NCBI GenBank assembly: GCA_944350415.1
Contig: CALVOY010000015.1
Span: 1 to 43,321 of the forward strand
Length of the DNA stretch: 43,321 bases
Origin: an uncultured Bacilli bacterium
Lineage (GTDB): Bacteria > Bacillota_I > Bacilli_A > RF39 > UBA660
Reading direction: 5' to 3'
Shown here: positions 10,233-19,951 of the stretch, in pieces
Position numbering within the stretch: the first letter of the stretch is position 1
How the letters are laid out: each line of letters starts with the position of its first letter
Notes under the pieces: generated by a model
The model's database searches: none
What the model was told of the DNA's origin: nothing
The model's input: the letters and a program-made list of their open reading frames with translations, nothing else
Program-made: the position numbers and the translations under genes

Positions 10233-11211
10233 GATATTTGCGTTGATAGGAGTAATCAGCCTTTTCACCCTGATCTAATATTTGATTCATCTCAATTATT
10301 TTTTTAACTACTTCGTCTTCTAATCCTATCAAAAATGATTTCTCAGTCTTTAAACATTCTAATAAATCTTTATCAGTCAACAAACTAGAAAATACCTGTA
10401 AATATATCTTGGAAACCAAATTTAAACTTCTTTTAGTTTGCATGATTTTATAAGCATATTTTTCTACCATATTTTCTAAAGAAGAAGAAATGATAAGGTC
10501 AAATTCATTTAGATATTCTTGAATGGTAATTCCAGCAGTTTCTACGGTAATAGCATCTATCAAATGAGGATAATTAGAAAGAGAAAAATTAGTGATGAGC
10601 ATTCGATACTCAAGTGCTTCTAATAGAAAGATACAATGATACTTTAACCCAAGTAATTGTTTTTTCTCTTCCAAATCTTTTGTTTTAGAAATTCTTTCTT
10701 CTATTACCTGCAATAGCATATTGCTATAATCAGATACCATATACTCATTCACTAAATCAGTATTTATTAGTTCTGATTCTGAATTATCTTTTTTCACAAC
10801 AACTCCTAATTGTTCAAAAAATTTTTGCAGATAGGAAAGTCGGTTGTTATTATGATTTGGATATAGGTGAAAGAAAGAAGAACCTAAGTCAGAAATCGTT
10901 CTTACTAATACTAATTTTTGTTCAGGTAAATTGGTTACCTGAAGAATGTGATCAGTAACGAATTTATTTCTGTTAAAATCTTCCATAATAGAAAGTAGTT
11001 TCTGTCTTTTTTCTGGACTTAAACCAATTAATTTTTTATGTAACACATCACAAATAAGGGTATAAATATCAATCAACTGTATATAATTGGAAGAATCCAC
11101 TCCATTGATTTCTTCCTCTTTTTGCATTTGTAGCAAAATATTTAATTTTTGTTTGTTCAGCTCTACTATGGATAATAAGATATCGGCATCATTACATGGA
11201 TTATCTAACAT
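10222..11211 (-). CDS. Hypothetical protein (orphan, probably helical)
   Basis: 329-aa ORF with RBS GGAGGG; no recognisable motif. Confidence 0.7.
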   Translation of the reverse strand: MLDNPCNDADILLSIVELNKQKLNILLQMQKEEEINGVDSSNYIQLIDIYTLICDVLHKKLIGLSPEKRQKLLSIMEDFNRNKFVTDHILQVTNLPEQKLVLVRTISDLGSSFFHLYPNHNNNRLSYLQKFFEQLGVVVKKDNSESELINTDLVNEYMVSDYSNMLLQVIEERISKTKDLEEKKQLLGLKYHCIFLLEALEYRMLITNFSLSNYPHLIDAITVETAGITIQEYLNEFDLIISSSLENMVEKYAYKIMQTKRSLNLVSKIYLQVFSSLLTDKDLLECLKTEKSFLIGLEDEVVKKIIEMNQILDQGEKADYSYQRKYPNI

Positions 11212-11301
11212 GCTATCCCTCCATTTGTTTATATATTATATTATGTTATATGAAATTTTACAAACTTTATTTTCTATTATATAATAATATCGGTGGAACA
11301 T

Positions 11302-11874
11302 ATGCTAACAATGAAACAAAATTCTGTGCATCAATATGAAATAAAAAAATCAAAATTCATTACTTGCTTGTATAAAATAGATAGTTTAGATGACATTGAG
11401 CATCTTTTACAAACAGTAAAAAATACTTATAAGGATGCTACTCATTACTGCTATGCTTATCAATTAGAATCTCAACAAAAGTGTTATGATGATAAAGAAC
11501 CAGCTGGAACAGCCGGAATTCCTATTTTAGAAGTATTAAATAAAAAGAAATTAGATCATATTCTTTGCATTGTGGTAAGATATTTTGGTGGCATCAAATT
11601 AGGAGCAAGCGGATTAATTAGGGCTTACAGTAAAGCAGTTAGAGAAGCGATTGATCAAAGTCAAACAATAGAGTTAATAGAAGGTTATCTCTTAGAGATT
11701 AGAAGTGATTATTCAGAACAAAAACAATATGATTATCTCTTTCGTGATCATATCATCGACAAGAAATACCAAGATAAAGTCATTTATCATATAGAAATTT
11801 CTAAAGATAAACTCAAACAGTTTCCACATATCAATTATCAAATCATAGAAAAAAGATGGGTAAAAAAAACTTAG
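11302..11874 (+). CDS. YigZ/IMPACT family protein
   Basis: IKKSKFI, DATHYCYAY, DDKEPAGTAG and VVRYFGGIKLG motifs. Confidence 0.93.
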   Translation: MLTMKQNSVHQYEIKKSKFITCLYKIDSLDDIEHLLQTVKNTYKDATHYCYAYQLESQQKCYDDKEPAGTAGIPILEVLNKKKLDHILCIVVRYFGGIKLGASGLIRAYSKAVREAIDQSQTIELIEGYLLEIRSDYSEQKQYDYLFRDHIIDKKYQDKVIYHIEISKDKLKQFPHINYQIIEKRWVKKT

Positions 11875-11897
11875 TAGATTCAATCTACTAAGTTTTT
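11865..11897. terminator. Bidirectional terminator (near-perfect palindrome)
   Basis: AAAAACTTAGTAGATT-C-AATCTACTAAGTTTTT between convergent yigZ-like gene and glyQS. Confidence 0.8.
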
Positions 11898-11954
11898 CAT
11901 TAAGTGTCTTTACGAAAGCTAAGCGAAATAGGCTTTCTCTTTGAGTGTAGCATC

Positions 11955-13331
11955 TTAAAATTGTATTTGTTGATGAAGATAATCCACTACTTGTGAAACA
12001 GGAAGTGTGATTTGTTGCATCGTATCACGATTACGAATAGTAACCGTATCATGATTTAAAGTTTCTTCATCTACGGTAATACAAAATGGTGTTCCAATCA
12101 CATCTTGTCGACGATATCTTTTTCCAATATTGGCTGTTTCATCATAAGTAGTAGAAAATTCTTTGCATAGCATTTGATAAATCTCATTTGCTTTCTCACT
12201 ATGATATTTTTTCATAAGTGGCAATACTGCAACTTTATAAGGAGCTAAATAAGGATGAAAATGCATGACTTCACGAGTAGTTCCATCTTCTAAAGTCTCC
12301 TCCTCATAAGCATTATCTAAAATGGCTAATACTAGTCGATCACACCCGACTGTTGATTCTATGATATAAGGAATAAACTTTTCATTTGTTTCGGGATCTA
12401 AATATTCTTGAGAAATAGTAGAATACTCTTGATGACGACTTAAATCATAATCAGTACGATTATGAGTTCCGTTGATTTCTCCCCAACCAAAATTGAAATG
12501 ATATTCAACATCGCAAGCTTCTTTGGCATAATGTGCTAATTTTTCATGATCATGGAAACGAAGTTTCTCTGCTGAAATTCCTAAATCCATAAAATAATTT
12601 TTAGCATATTCCTTAAAGTAACGATATAGTTCGCTATCAGTTCCTTCTTTACAAAAAGTTTTATATTCCATTTGTTCAAATTCAATTGTTCTAAATGTAA
12701 AATTCCCTGGGGTAATTTCATTACGAAAAGCTTTTCCAATCTGACCGATACTAAATGGCAATTTTGCGCGCATAGAACGCTGAACATTTAAGAAATTAAC
12801 ATATTCTCCTTGGGCATTTTCAGGTCGAAGATAAATTTTACTTTTATTACCCTCAGTTACTCCTCGATGAGTTTCAAACATTAAATTAAACTCACGAATA
12901 TCAGTATAATCGCTACTACCACATTTAGGACAAGGAACCTTGTGTTTTTTTATATATTCCAACATCTCTTCTTGGGTCATACCATCCGCATGCGCATTTT
13001 CATCAAAATTATCGATCAAATTATCTGCACGATGTCTCATTTTGCAATGCTTACAATCGATCAATGGATCAGAAAAACTTGCTACATGACCACTTACTTC
13101 CCAAACTCTAGGATGCATTAATATCGCTGCATCTACCTCATACGCATTAGGTCTTTCTTGTATAAATCTTTTTCGCCATGAATCTTTTATATTATTTTTT
13201 AATTTCGCACCCAAAGGACCATAATCCCAAGTATTGGCAAGTCCCCCATATATTTCACTCCCCTGAAATATAAATCCATATTGCTTACATAAATTTACTA
13301 ATTTTTCCATTGTTAATTTTTGGTTTTCCAT
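11955..13331 (-). CDS. glyQS: Glycine--tRNA ligase, single-subunit alpha2 type
   Basis: SEIYGG..WDYGPLG, FNLMF, YLRPE.AQG, GKAFRNEITP, EFEQME and IGKRYRRQD.IGTP motifs. Start moved to ATG 13331 after AAAGGAGAG. Confidence 0.97.
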   Translation of the reverse strand: MENQKLTMEKLVNLCKQYGFIFQGSEIYGGLANTWDYGPLGAKLKNNIKDSWRKRFIQERPNAYEVDAAILMHPRVWEVSGHVASFSDPLIDCKHCKMRHRADNLIDNFDENAHADGMTQEEMLEYIKKHKVPCPKCGSSDYTDIREFNLMFETHRGVTEGNKSKIYLRPENAQGEYVNFLNVQRSMRAKLPFSIGQIGKAFRNEITPGNFTFRTIEFEQMEYKTFCKEGTDSELYRYFKEYAKNYFMDLGISAEKLRFHDHEKLAHYAKEACDVEYHFNFGWGEINGTHNRTDYDLSRHQEYSTISQEYLDPETNEKFIPYIIESTVGCDRLVLAILDNAYEEETLEDGTTREVMHFHPYLAPYKVAVLPLMKKYHSEKANEIYQMLCKEFSTTYDETANIGKRYRRQDVIGTPFCITVDEETLNHDTVTIRNRDTMQQITLPVSQVVDYLHQQIQF

Positions 13332-13333
13332 TT

Positions 13334-14185
13334 TTATCTCTCCTTTATTCCTTTTTGTTTTGGCATTTTTTCTATTTTTTGATGCATTACTTTCCATAAA
13401 TCATCAATAATAGCTGCTTTTTCCAAAGAGTGAATCAAACTATCTCCTATAATTTCAATAATTTCGCCTGAATCACATTGAATATGTAATGATAGTGTAT
13501 TCCCCCTAGAATCCATCTTATATTCATAGTGAGGATTTCGATTTAAATTACAATTAATAAAACTACGAATCAATTCTAATATTAATAGCAAATCTTCCGA
13601 ATCAACTTTTTGTTCTTTTTCCTGATAATAATAACCAAATTGTTGCTCTTTCCATAAAGAAGAAGCATATTGGTAATTATCACGGATATAGATTACATTG
13701 CTTTTAGAAGCCATAGATGGCCGAACAGTCATCCGTTTTACCATATGTTTTTCGATAGGATTTAATGCATAGGATAAGAAATCCTGTTGCTTTCTTTGTT
13801 GGTAAAATCGTAAAGTCTCTTCATACTCCAACAAAACATGTTCTGAAAAATAAAGATTTAATCTTTCCTCCTGATCATTCTGTAATCGAATTCCTTGATA
13901 CTGTTGGGATAACTTTTTAGATTGAACTCCCAAAGAAATTAATTGTTTGGCTTCTAAAAATTCTCTCTGTATTCTCTGATTTAAAATAAAAGTATTCGGA
14001 AAATCTTTTTTAAACGCTTTCAGTCTACGCAGAGAACCCTCATTGGAAAATTGAAAGCGACAACAAATAGAATCTTCCGAAAATAGAGTGTTGCCTCGAC
14101 AGACCCCTATATAAATATTAATATCGCAAGGATACATATGTATAAACTGCTCTACTGCTACCGATAAATTTTGAAACTGATTCAT
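13334..14185 (-). CDS. Hypothetical protein (orphan between the T-box leader and glyQS)
   Basis: 283-aa ORF with RBS AGAAAGGAG; ends 2 nt before the glyQS start. Confidence 0.75.
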   Translation of the reverse strand: MNQFQNLSVAVEQFIHMYPCDINIYIGVCRGNTLFSEDSICCRFQFSNEGSLRRLKAFKKDFPNTFILNQRIQREFLEAKQLISLGVQSKKLSQQYQGIRLQNDQEERLNLYFSEHVLLEYEETLRFYQQRKQQDFLSYALNPIEKHMVKRMTVRPSMASKSNVIYIRDNYQYASSLWKEQQFGYYYQEKEQKVDSEDLLLILELIRSFINCNLNRNPHYEYKMDSRGNTLSLHIQCDSGEIIEIIGDSLIHSLEKAAIIDDLWKVMHQKIEKMPKQKGIKER

Positions 14186-14199
14186 ACAATCTCCTTTCT

Positions 14200-14322
14200 A
14201 AAAAGAAAAAGATCTCCAAAATATGTAGGGACGAAATATTTCCGCGGTTCCACCCTACTTATTCTAGAAGAATCTCTTTTTTTATATTGCTCCGGTTTTT
14301 CCAGAACCATCATCACATTGAT
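14200..14322 (-). ncRNA. T-box riboswitch leader (glycyl), apparently with an ultrashort Stem I
   Basis: Minus strand: GAGCAAUAUAAAAAAAGAG-AUUCUUCUAGAAU-AAGUAGGGUGGAACCGCG-GAAAUAUU-UCGUCCCUAC. This has the antiterminator with UGGAACC bulge (14246-14252), Stem III and an A-rich linker closely resembling the B. subtilis glyQS leader; upstream of glyQS. Confidence 0.88.
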
Positions 14323-14328
14323 ATATAT

Positions 14329-14357
14329 ATTTTAATATGTTTTCTTAGATCAGTCAA
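14329..14357 (-). promoter_or_regulatory. Sigma-A promoter of the T-box/orphan/glyQS unit
   Basis: TTGACT-17 bp-TAAAAT. Confidence 0.75.
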
Positions 14358-14362
14358 TTACT

Positions 14363-17056
14363 TTAAATCGACAATGGAATAAAATAAGAAATAATAAAAC
14401 AAATGATCAAACCAATATAAACCAATAGAATAATAGATAAATAGAAAAACAAGTAAATAATATAAGCAATATTAGAAAGAATTTTTATATTTAATATTTT
14501 TTGATATAAGTTACTACGAATCAAAAAAATGGTAAACAGTAGAGTTATAATACTAATAATAGAACAAACTACTAATCCACTCGGCATATACGAAATAACA
14601 ATCTTATTATTTCCTTCATTCAATGGAATACCAATATAATTATCATAAAGTTTTAAGACTTGAACTTCTTTCCCATTATTAGTTGCGGTATATCCTTCAT
14701 TATAACTAATTGGTAAAAATAATATTTTTTCACTCTCTGTATCTACATTGATATAAATTTTATTTTTTTGATACTGAATATCGGTATCTATTTTTTCTGT
14801 TTGTATAAACTTTTCATATTTAAAATTATCCATGACGCCAATTGTTAAGCTACTTAGTGATACATCTTTTCTTAATTCTATCTTAATATTTACTTTTTCA
14901 TTTTCATAGGTACCTAAATTTAGTACACCATTATCATTTTCACTAAATGCCCTTTGACGATATAACTTATCATTGATGTATATATTAAACTTTTCATACA
15001 TAGAATAATTTTCATTATTCACTAAAGATCTCAAGACTTCTAAATAGATTGTTTGTTTACCTACAACAGTAATTTCTTTTTCAAAATAACTATAACCATC
15101 TGGATCTATCATTTCATATTGAGTATATTCCCCATCTTTAGAAATTCGGATATTATGCAAATCGAAATTTTTAATAATATCAAAAAGTCTTTCATTCGTT
15201 CCTGTGATATTCTGATATAAGCTATTAGAAATCAAGAAAGAATTGTCTTTATCAAAAATCGTATCATTATTATTCAATAAATAACCATATGAAGGATCTT
15301 CTTTTAAAGCATAAAATTTAATCGTATCATATGTATCAATTAAACTATAATATTCACTATCCAGCTCGTTTCTAGTCATAATATATTTATTGGCTAAAAT
15401 GCTGTCTAGAAAAAGATTACCACCTTTAGAGAAAGTTTTCACCCACATAGAAGAATAACCTAATTTTTTTAAACTTTCTAAATTATTTCGATCAGTAAGC
15501 GAAGTAAAGTGATCCAAAGTATGATATTTCATCACCATACCACTATTCATAATCATATTGGTTAGCTCATTCTTAACACGATAATAATCACCATCGGAAT
15601 AATCTTCACTTATTTGCCCCAATTCTTGGTACTGTTGCATAAGCAATTCCTGTTGTTGATCCAACCCCAAATAAACTAAGCTATTTGCTGCAATATGTGT
15701 AAGGGTAATCATAAAAATGAATAGGAAAGAAAAACGATTCCATTGCTTGATCAATAAAAGCACGGCAATACATCCACCAATAGCAATGACAGTAGATAGC
15801 AACAACATAAATAATAAACTATGATTAATAGAAATCGTAAGAGTTTCAATAGCTTGCTGAAAACTATTATAATTTTTATACATAATAAAGGATATCAAAA
15901 CCACTGTAATTCCTGTTGCAATAGTCGCTAATATTTTATTTTTACCTGAAATCGATACTTTCTGGTTGCCAAAATCCGAAAATCCTTGACAAGCACCTAA
16001 AATCAGCAAAAACATGGTAATAAAACCAAAGCGATACGGAAAAAAAGCATAAGAGCCAAAATGCCAAACCTTATTAATAGGTTCAATAAAAACAGGAATC
16101 ATAACAATCAAAATAGTTGGAATATAAAATAGTAAAAACTTTTTATTTTGTTTCCACTTTTTCAATAATAAAAGCAATCCAACATACATGATTCCACCAA
16201 ACATAAACATACTAACTTTATCAGTAATCGGTCCCATTTTAGAATTAAAAAGTGTTTCTAAATCCAAATCAAGCCGAGAAGAAATAGATATCTGTAGATA
16301 AGATGGAATCAGTACAAAAGAAGATAATAATAAACTAAGAACAGTAGCTATCCCTAAAGCTAAGATTGCTTTTTTTCTTAACACTTTTTCTTCTTTATAT
16401 ACAAGTAAATAAATAAAGGATGCCAGAAAAATAAAAATAATCACCATGATAGCTACATAGAAACTAAATATCAAAGCAAGAGATAATGTTACAATATATA
16501 AGGTTGGCTTTTCTAAATCCAATACTTTTTTTAATCCAATCACAATCAGTGGAAATAAATACATTACATCGATCCAAGAAGTAATTTGATACATAATGAG
16601 TGCATAGCCAGAAAAAGCATAAATAATAGCAAGTAAAACACTCAATAAATTAGGAAGTTTTTTATAAAAAGTTCTAATAAAAAATAAGCAAGTAAGACTA
16701 CAGCAAAGAATTTTAAGAGTAATAATGACAGAAACCATCAAATAAATGTCTGCTCTATCTACTAATAAAACCAAAAGACTAAATGGACTTAATATATAAT
16801 ACGCTAAAATTCCCCAGAAATTAATACCACCACTTGTAGAAAAATCGATCAATAAAGAACTGTTTCCTTTAAAACTATCATATAAATGATAATAGAAAGC
16901 AGTAATTTGATCATGCATATCTCCCCAAATAAGAGAATTATTACCAAATGGATAAATTCCTTTTATGAAAAATATGATTGTTAAAATGGTAGCTACAATC
17001 ATTGTTGTTAATAAATATGGCTTTAGCCGACTCCACAAATTTCTATTCTTTTTCAT
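14363..17056 (-). CDS. YfhO family membrane glycosyltransferase (GT-C fold)
   Basis: IYPFG...GDMHDQ, YYILSPF, IYAFSGY, FPYRF and C-terminal ISYNEGY; many TM segments; 897 aa. Confidence 0.9.
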   Translation of the reverse strand: MKKNRNLWSRLKPYLLTTMIVATILTIIFFIKGIYPFGNNSLIWGDMHDQITAFYYHLYDSFKGNSSLLIDFSTSGGINFWGILAYYILSPFSLLVLLVDRADIYLMVSVIITLKILCCSLTCLFFIRTFYKKLPNLLSVLLAIIYAFSGYALIMYQITSWIDVMYLFPLIVIGLKKVLDLEKPTLYIVTLSLALIFSFYVAIMVIIFIFLASFIYLLVYKEEKVLRKKAILALGIATVLSLLLSSFVLIPSYLQISISSRLDLDLETLFNSKMGPITDKVSMFMFGGIMYVGLLLLLKKWKQNKKFLLFYIPTILIVMIPVFIEPINKVWHFGSYAFFPYRFGFITMFLLILGACQGFSDFGNQKVSISGKNKILATIATGITVVLISFIMYKNYNSFQQAIETLTISINHSLLFMLLLSTVIAIGGCIAVLLLIKQWNRFSFLFIFMITLTHIAANSLVYLGLDQQQELLMQQYQELGQISEDYSDGDYYRVKNELTNMIMNSGMVMKYHTLDHFTSLTDRNNLESLKKLGYSSMWVKTFSKGGNLFLDSILANKYIMTRNELDSEYYSLIDTYDTIKFYALKEDPSYGYLLNNNDTIFDKDNSFLISNSLYQNITGTNERLFDIIKNFDLHNIRISKDGEYTQYEMIDPDGYSYFEKEITVVGKQTIYLEVLRSLVNNENYSMYEKFNIYINDKLYRQRAFSENDNGVLNLGTYENEKVNIKIELRKDVSLSSLTIGVMDNFKYEKFIQTEKIDTDIQYQKNKIYINVDTESEKILFLPISYNEGYTATNNGKEVQVLKLYDNYIGIPLNEGNNKIVISYMPSGLVVCSIISIITLLFTIFLIRSNLYQKILNIKILSNIAYIIYLFFYLSIILLVYIGLIICFIISYFIPLSI

Positions 17057-17070
17057 AATACATCCTCACT

Positions 17071-17823
17071 TTACTTCTCTATTGGGGTATTAATTTTGGT
17101 TAAGCTCTTTAAAAACACCCTGCTTTTTAAATATAAACCAGAATACTCTTCATAATAACTTGTAATAAATTCATTAATTTCTTTTTTGGTTTCCCCTTTA
17201 AGATCCAACTTAGAAATTTGATCAATGTTAACATATACAAACATTCTAATTAGCTGGATTGTTTTTTTCGTGTATATTTTACCACCATGATAGCAGTTTT
17301 GGCAAATATAACCGCCATCATTTGTTGAAATTGTAATAATATGATGAGGATTGCCACAAATACTACACTCATCCACATTAGGTCTAATACCTAAATAATC
17401 TAATAATTTTAATTCATAAATATAAGTAAGGACTTCATAATCAAAGCCTTCGTTCATCTTTAAAAGGTCAGAAATTAAAATGGGATAAATTTCTATGGCA
17501 CCCGAATGTTTATATACTTGTTCCGTTAATTCTAATAAATAAGAAGCATAGGAAATTCGATCGATATTTCCTATGATATTACGCAAAGTATCGATAACAT
17601 CAGCGCTAATTAAAGTAGAAATGCCACTTTCTTTATAATAAAATTGAAAATTAGCATAAATCAACTTACTGCTTACGCCTCGCAACTTACTTTTTAAACT
17701 TCGACATCCTTTTGACATCACACTAATCAAACCATAATCTTTGGTTAATATTCTTAATATTTTACTGGATTCGCTATAATTGGTCTCTCCTATTACGATT
17801 CCCTCTGTTTTTACGATTTCCAT
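17071..17823 (-). CDS. recO: DNA repair protein RecO
   Basis: EGIVI..NYSESSKI..ILT..YG; Zn finger CSIC...CQNC; LKSR C-terminus; synteny with era. Confidence 0.95.
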   Translation of the reverse strand: MEIVKTEGIVIGETNYSESSKILRILTKDYGLISVMSKGCRSLKSKLRGVSSKLIYANFQFYYKESGISTLISADVIDTLRNIIGNIDRISYASYLLELTEQVYKHSGAIEIYPILISDLLKMNEGFDYEVLTYIYELKLLDYLGIRPNVDECSICGNPHHIITISTNDGGYICQNCYHGGKIYTKKTIQLIRMFVYVNIDQISKLDLKGETKKEINEFITSYYEEYSGLYLKSRVFLKSLTKINTPIEK

Positions 17824-17911
17824 ATCTTTTACTTCTTTCTATTCTTCCTAATAAATTAAAATATTTAATATCCCCTGTTTCTTTAAATAAATTCCATAAT
17901 AATTTTTCCAT
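17774..17911 (-). CDS. yqzL: YqzL family small protein (45 aa)
   Basis: Not in the ORF track. MEKLLWNLFKETGDIKYFNLLGRIERSKRYGNRKNRGNRNRRDQL; W..F..TG.I..Y/F.L pattern of YqzL; RBS AGGTGA; lies just upstream of recO as in B. subtilis; overlaps recO by 50 nt. Confidence 0.8.
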   Translation of the reverse strand: MEKLLWNLFKETGDIKYFNLLGRIERSKRYGNRKNRGNRNRRDQL

Positions 17912-17950
17912 ATTATCACCTATTAACATAGTGAGAAGAAATTAAAAAAA

Positions 17951-18652
17951 TTATACAGATTTTTGTTTTTTCATTCTATTATGGTAATATTCTTTCATAA
18001 GTTCAAAGTAATGATATTCCATCTTTAATTGTGGAATGGTTTCTATTTGATGACTATTGATAATTTGATGATTTCTTAATTCATCATTGATTTCATCTAA
18101 AATCTTTTGCATGAAATCATTTAGTTCTTCCATGCTTAGTTTATCATAAGTAGTTAGTAAATCTCCTACAATATCTTCTGGTGTTTCCTCTCTTTTTAAA
18201 AGATGATAGCGGTAATCATAAGGTAGTTTTCCTAATTCACCCCATGAATTTTGTAGTTGAAGTTCTAAATTTTCATATATTCTTCTAATAATCTCCTCTG
18301 GAAAAGTTTTGTTTGACATTAGAATTAAGATCAATGGCGAAAGAAAAGTTTCTGGTAAATCTTCTTTTAATAGCAAAATTCTAACTAATTCCATAAACTG
18401 ATTATCTTCTAGTTTTTCTTCTAAATAATGAACGACATATAACTGAACATAATATATCTTTGAATTTTTTTGATATAAATTATCATTATTTAAATGGCTA
18501 GAAATAAGGTCAGTAAGTTCATTCTCTAAATTTTTTATTCTATTAGATTCACGATCATATAAATCCTGAGCATAAAAATCAAACCAATGATCATTATAGC
18601 GAAATTTAAATATAGCATAGCATTTTGCATTTATCTGTTCTAAATTATTCAT
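17951..18652 (-). CDS. Hypothetical protein (orphan between era and yqzL)
   Basis: 233-aa ORF whose start overlaps the era stop; no recognisable motif. Confidence 0.7.
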   Translation of the reverse strand: MNNLEQINAKCYAIFKFRYNDHWFDFYAQDLYDRESNRIKNLENELTDLISSHLNNDNLYQKNSKIYYVQLYVVHYLEEKLEDNQFMELVRILLLKEDLPETFLSPLILILMSNKTFPEEIIRRIYENLELQLQNSWGELGKLPYDYRYHLLKREETPEDIVGDLLTTYDKLSMEELNDFMQKILDEINDELRNHQIINSHQIETIPQLKMEYHYFELMKEYYHNRMKKQKSV

Positions 18653-19532
18653 TTATATCATCTAGTCCTAACTCTTTTAGATATTTTTCTTTTTCACGCC
18701 AGTTTTCAATTACTTTTACAAATAAATCCAGATATACCTTTTTAGAAAAATATTCTTCTAAATCATGTCTAGCATCGATTCCAATGCTTTTTAGCATATT
18801 GGCATGCTTCCCCACAATAATCTTTTTAATCGACTCACGATCCACAATAATTACCGCTTGAATAATCACTTTGTCTTTTTCCTCTATTTTCTTTTCTACT
18901 AGACAAGTAACGCTATGCGGAATCTCTTGTCTAGTTTTACGAAGTACTTTTTCACGAATTACTTCGCTAATATAAAAATTAGTAGAAATATTCGTAAATG
19001 TTTCATCTTCAAATATTTTACCTTCATTTGGCAAATAGTTTTTAATGGTTTGAATTAGGGCAGTTACATTATCATTCTTTAGAGCTGAAATAGGGAAAAT
19101 CTCACTAAAATCATATAAATCCTTATACTTCATAATAATTTCCAAAAGCTTATCCTTGGGAATACGGTCTACTTTATTTAAAACCAAAATAATAGGAAGC
19201 TTTTCTTCTTTGATTTTTTCTAAAACAAACAAATCTCCTTTACCAATACCGGCTTCTACATCAACCACAAAAAGAATCAAATCGACATTTTCACTCGTAC
19301 TATAAGCTTTTTTGTTTAGTATATTACCAAGCTTATTAATTGGTTTATGAATTCCTGGTGTATCTACAAAAACAATCTGACTGGTCTCATCTTCATAAAC
19401 ACCTTGAATGATATTTCTAGTAGTTCCTGCTTTATTGGAAGTAATGGCCAGTTTCGTTTCTAAAATAGAGTTCAGTAGCGTACTTTTTCCAACATTTGGT
19501 CTACCTACTATACTAACATAACCACTTTTCAT
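18645..19532 (-). CDS. era: GTPase Era
   Basis: GRPNVGKST, TTR, DTPGIH, NKVD, ISA and the KH domain IIVGK. Confidence 0.97.
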   Translation of the reverse strand: MKSGYVSIVGRPNVGKSTLLNSILETKLAITSNKAGTTRNIIQGVYEDETSQIVFVDTPGIHKPINKLGNILNKKAYSTSENVDLILFVVDVEAGIGKGDLFVLEKIKEEKLPIILVLNKVDRIPKDKLLEIIMKYKDLYDFSEIFPISALKNDNVTALIQTIKNYLPNEGKIFEDETFTNISTNFYISEVIREKVLRKTRQEIPHSVTCLVEKKIEEKDKVIIQAVIIVDRESIKKIIVGKHANMLKSIGIDARHDLEEYFSKKVYLDLFVKVIENWREKEKYLKELGLDDINE

Positions 19533-19936
19533 TTCAAACTTCCTTCCTCAAATGATTCTATAAGCAAATCTCCTAAACGATACATTTTACTTTCACCTAC
19601 TATATTAAAACTAACAATCTCTAAATCAGGATTGCAGTAATCATTTAGAGCTTGCCTACAAACATAGCATGGTGTAATTATATTTTCTGTTTTATTAAAT
19701 AAGTAAATTCTTTTAAAATGTTCCTTTCTAAAACCATTTGCCATCGCATAAAAAATAGCACATCTCTCAGCGCAAATTCCTGCTCCAGGGGAACTAGTTT
19801 CGATATTAACTCCAGAATATAAAGTACCATCTGTACATTCTAAAATGGCAGCAACTGGATAATGATAATATTTGCTACTAGAATTTTCTATTACTTTCTT
19901 TAGTTTCTTAAAGATTATCTCAAATGAATCGCTCAC
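19529..19936 (-). CDS. cdd: Cytidine deaminase
   Basis: GVNIE, CAERCA and PCYVCRQ Zn ligands; between dgkA and era. Confidence 0.92.
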   Translation of the reverse strand: MSDSFEIIFKKLKKVIENSSSKYYHYPVAAILECTDGTLYSGVNIETSSPGAGICAERCAIFYAMANGFRKEHFKRIYLFNKTENIITPCYVCRQALNDYCNPDLEIVSFNIVGESKMYRLGDLLIESFEEGSLK

Positions 19937-19951
19937 ACTATCACCTAATTT

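Noticed and set aside
11898-11954. GC-richer stretch after glyQS with a small GAAAGC/GCTTTC hairpin and a 17-codon minus-strand ORF
   Set aside because: Too short, no RBS and no known motif; cannot be separated from an ordinary 3' UTR.
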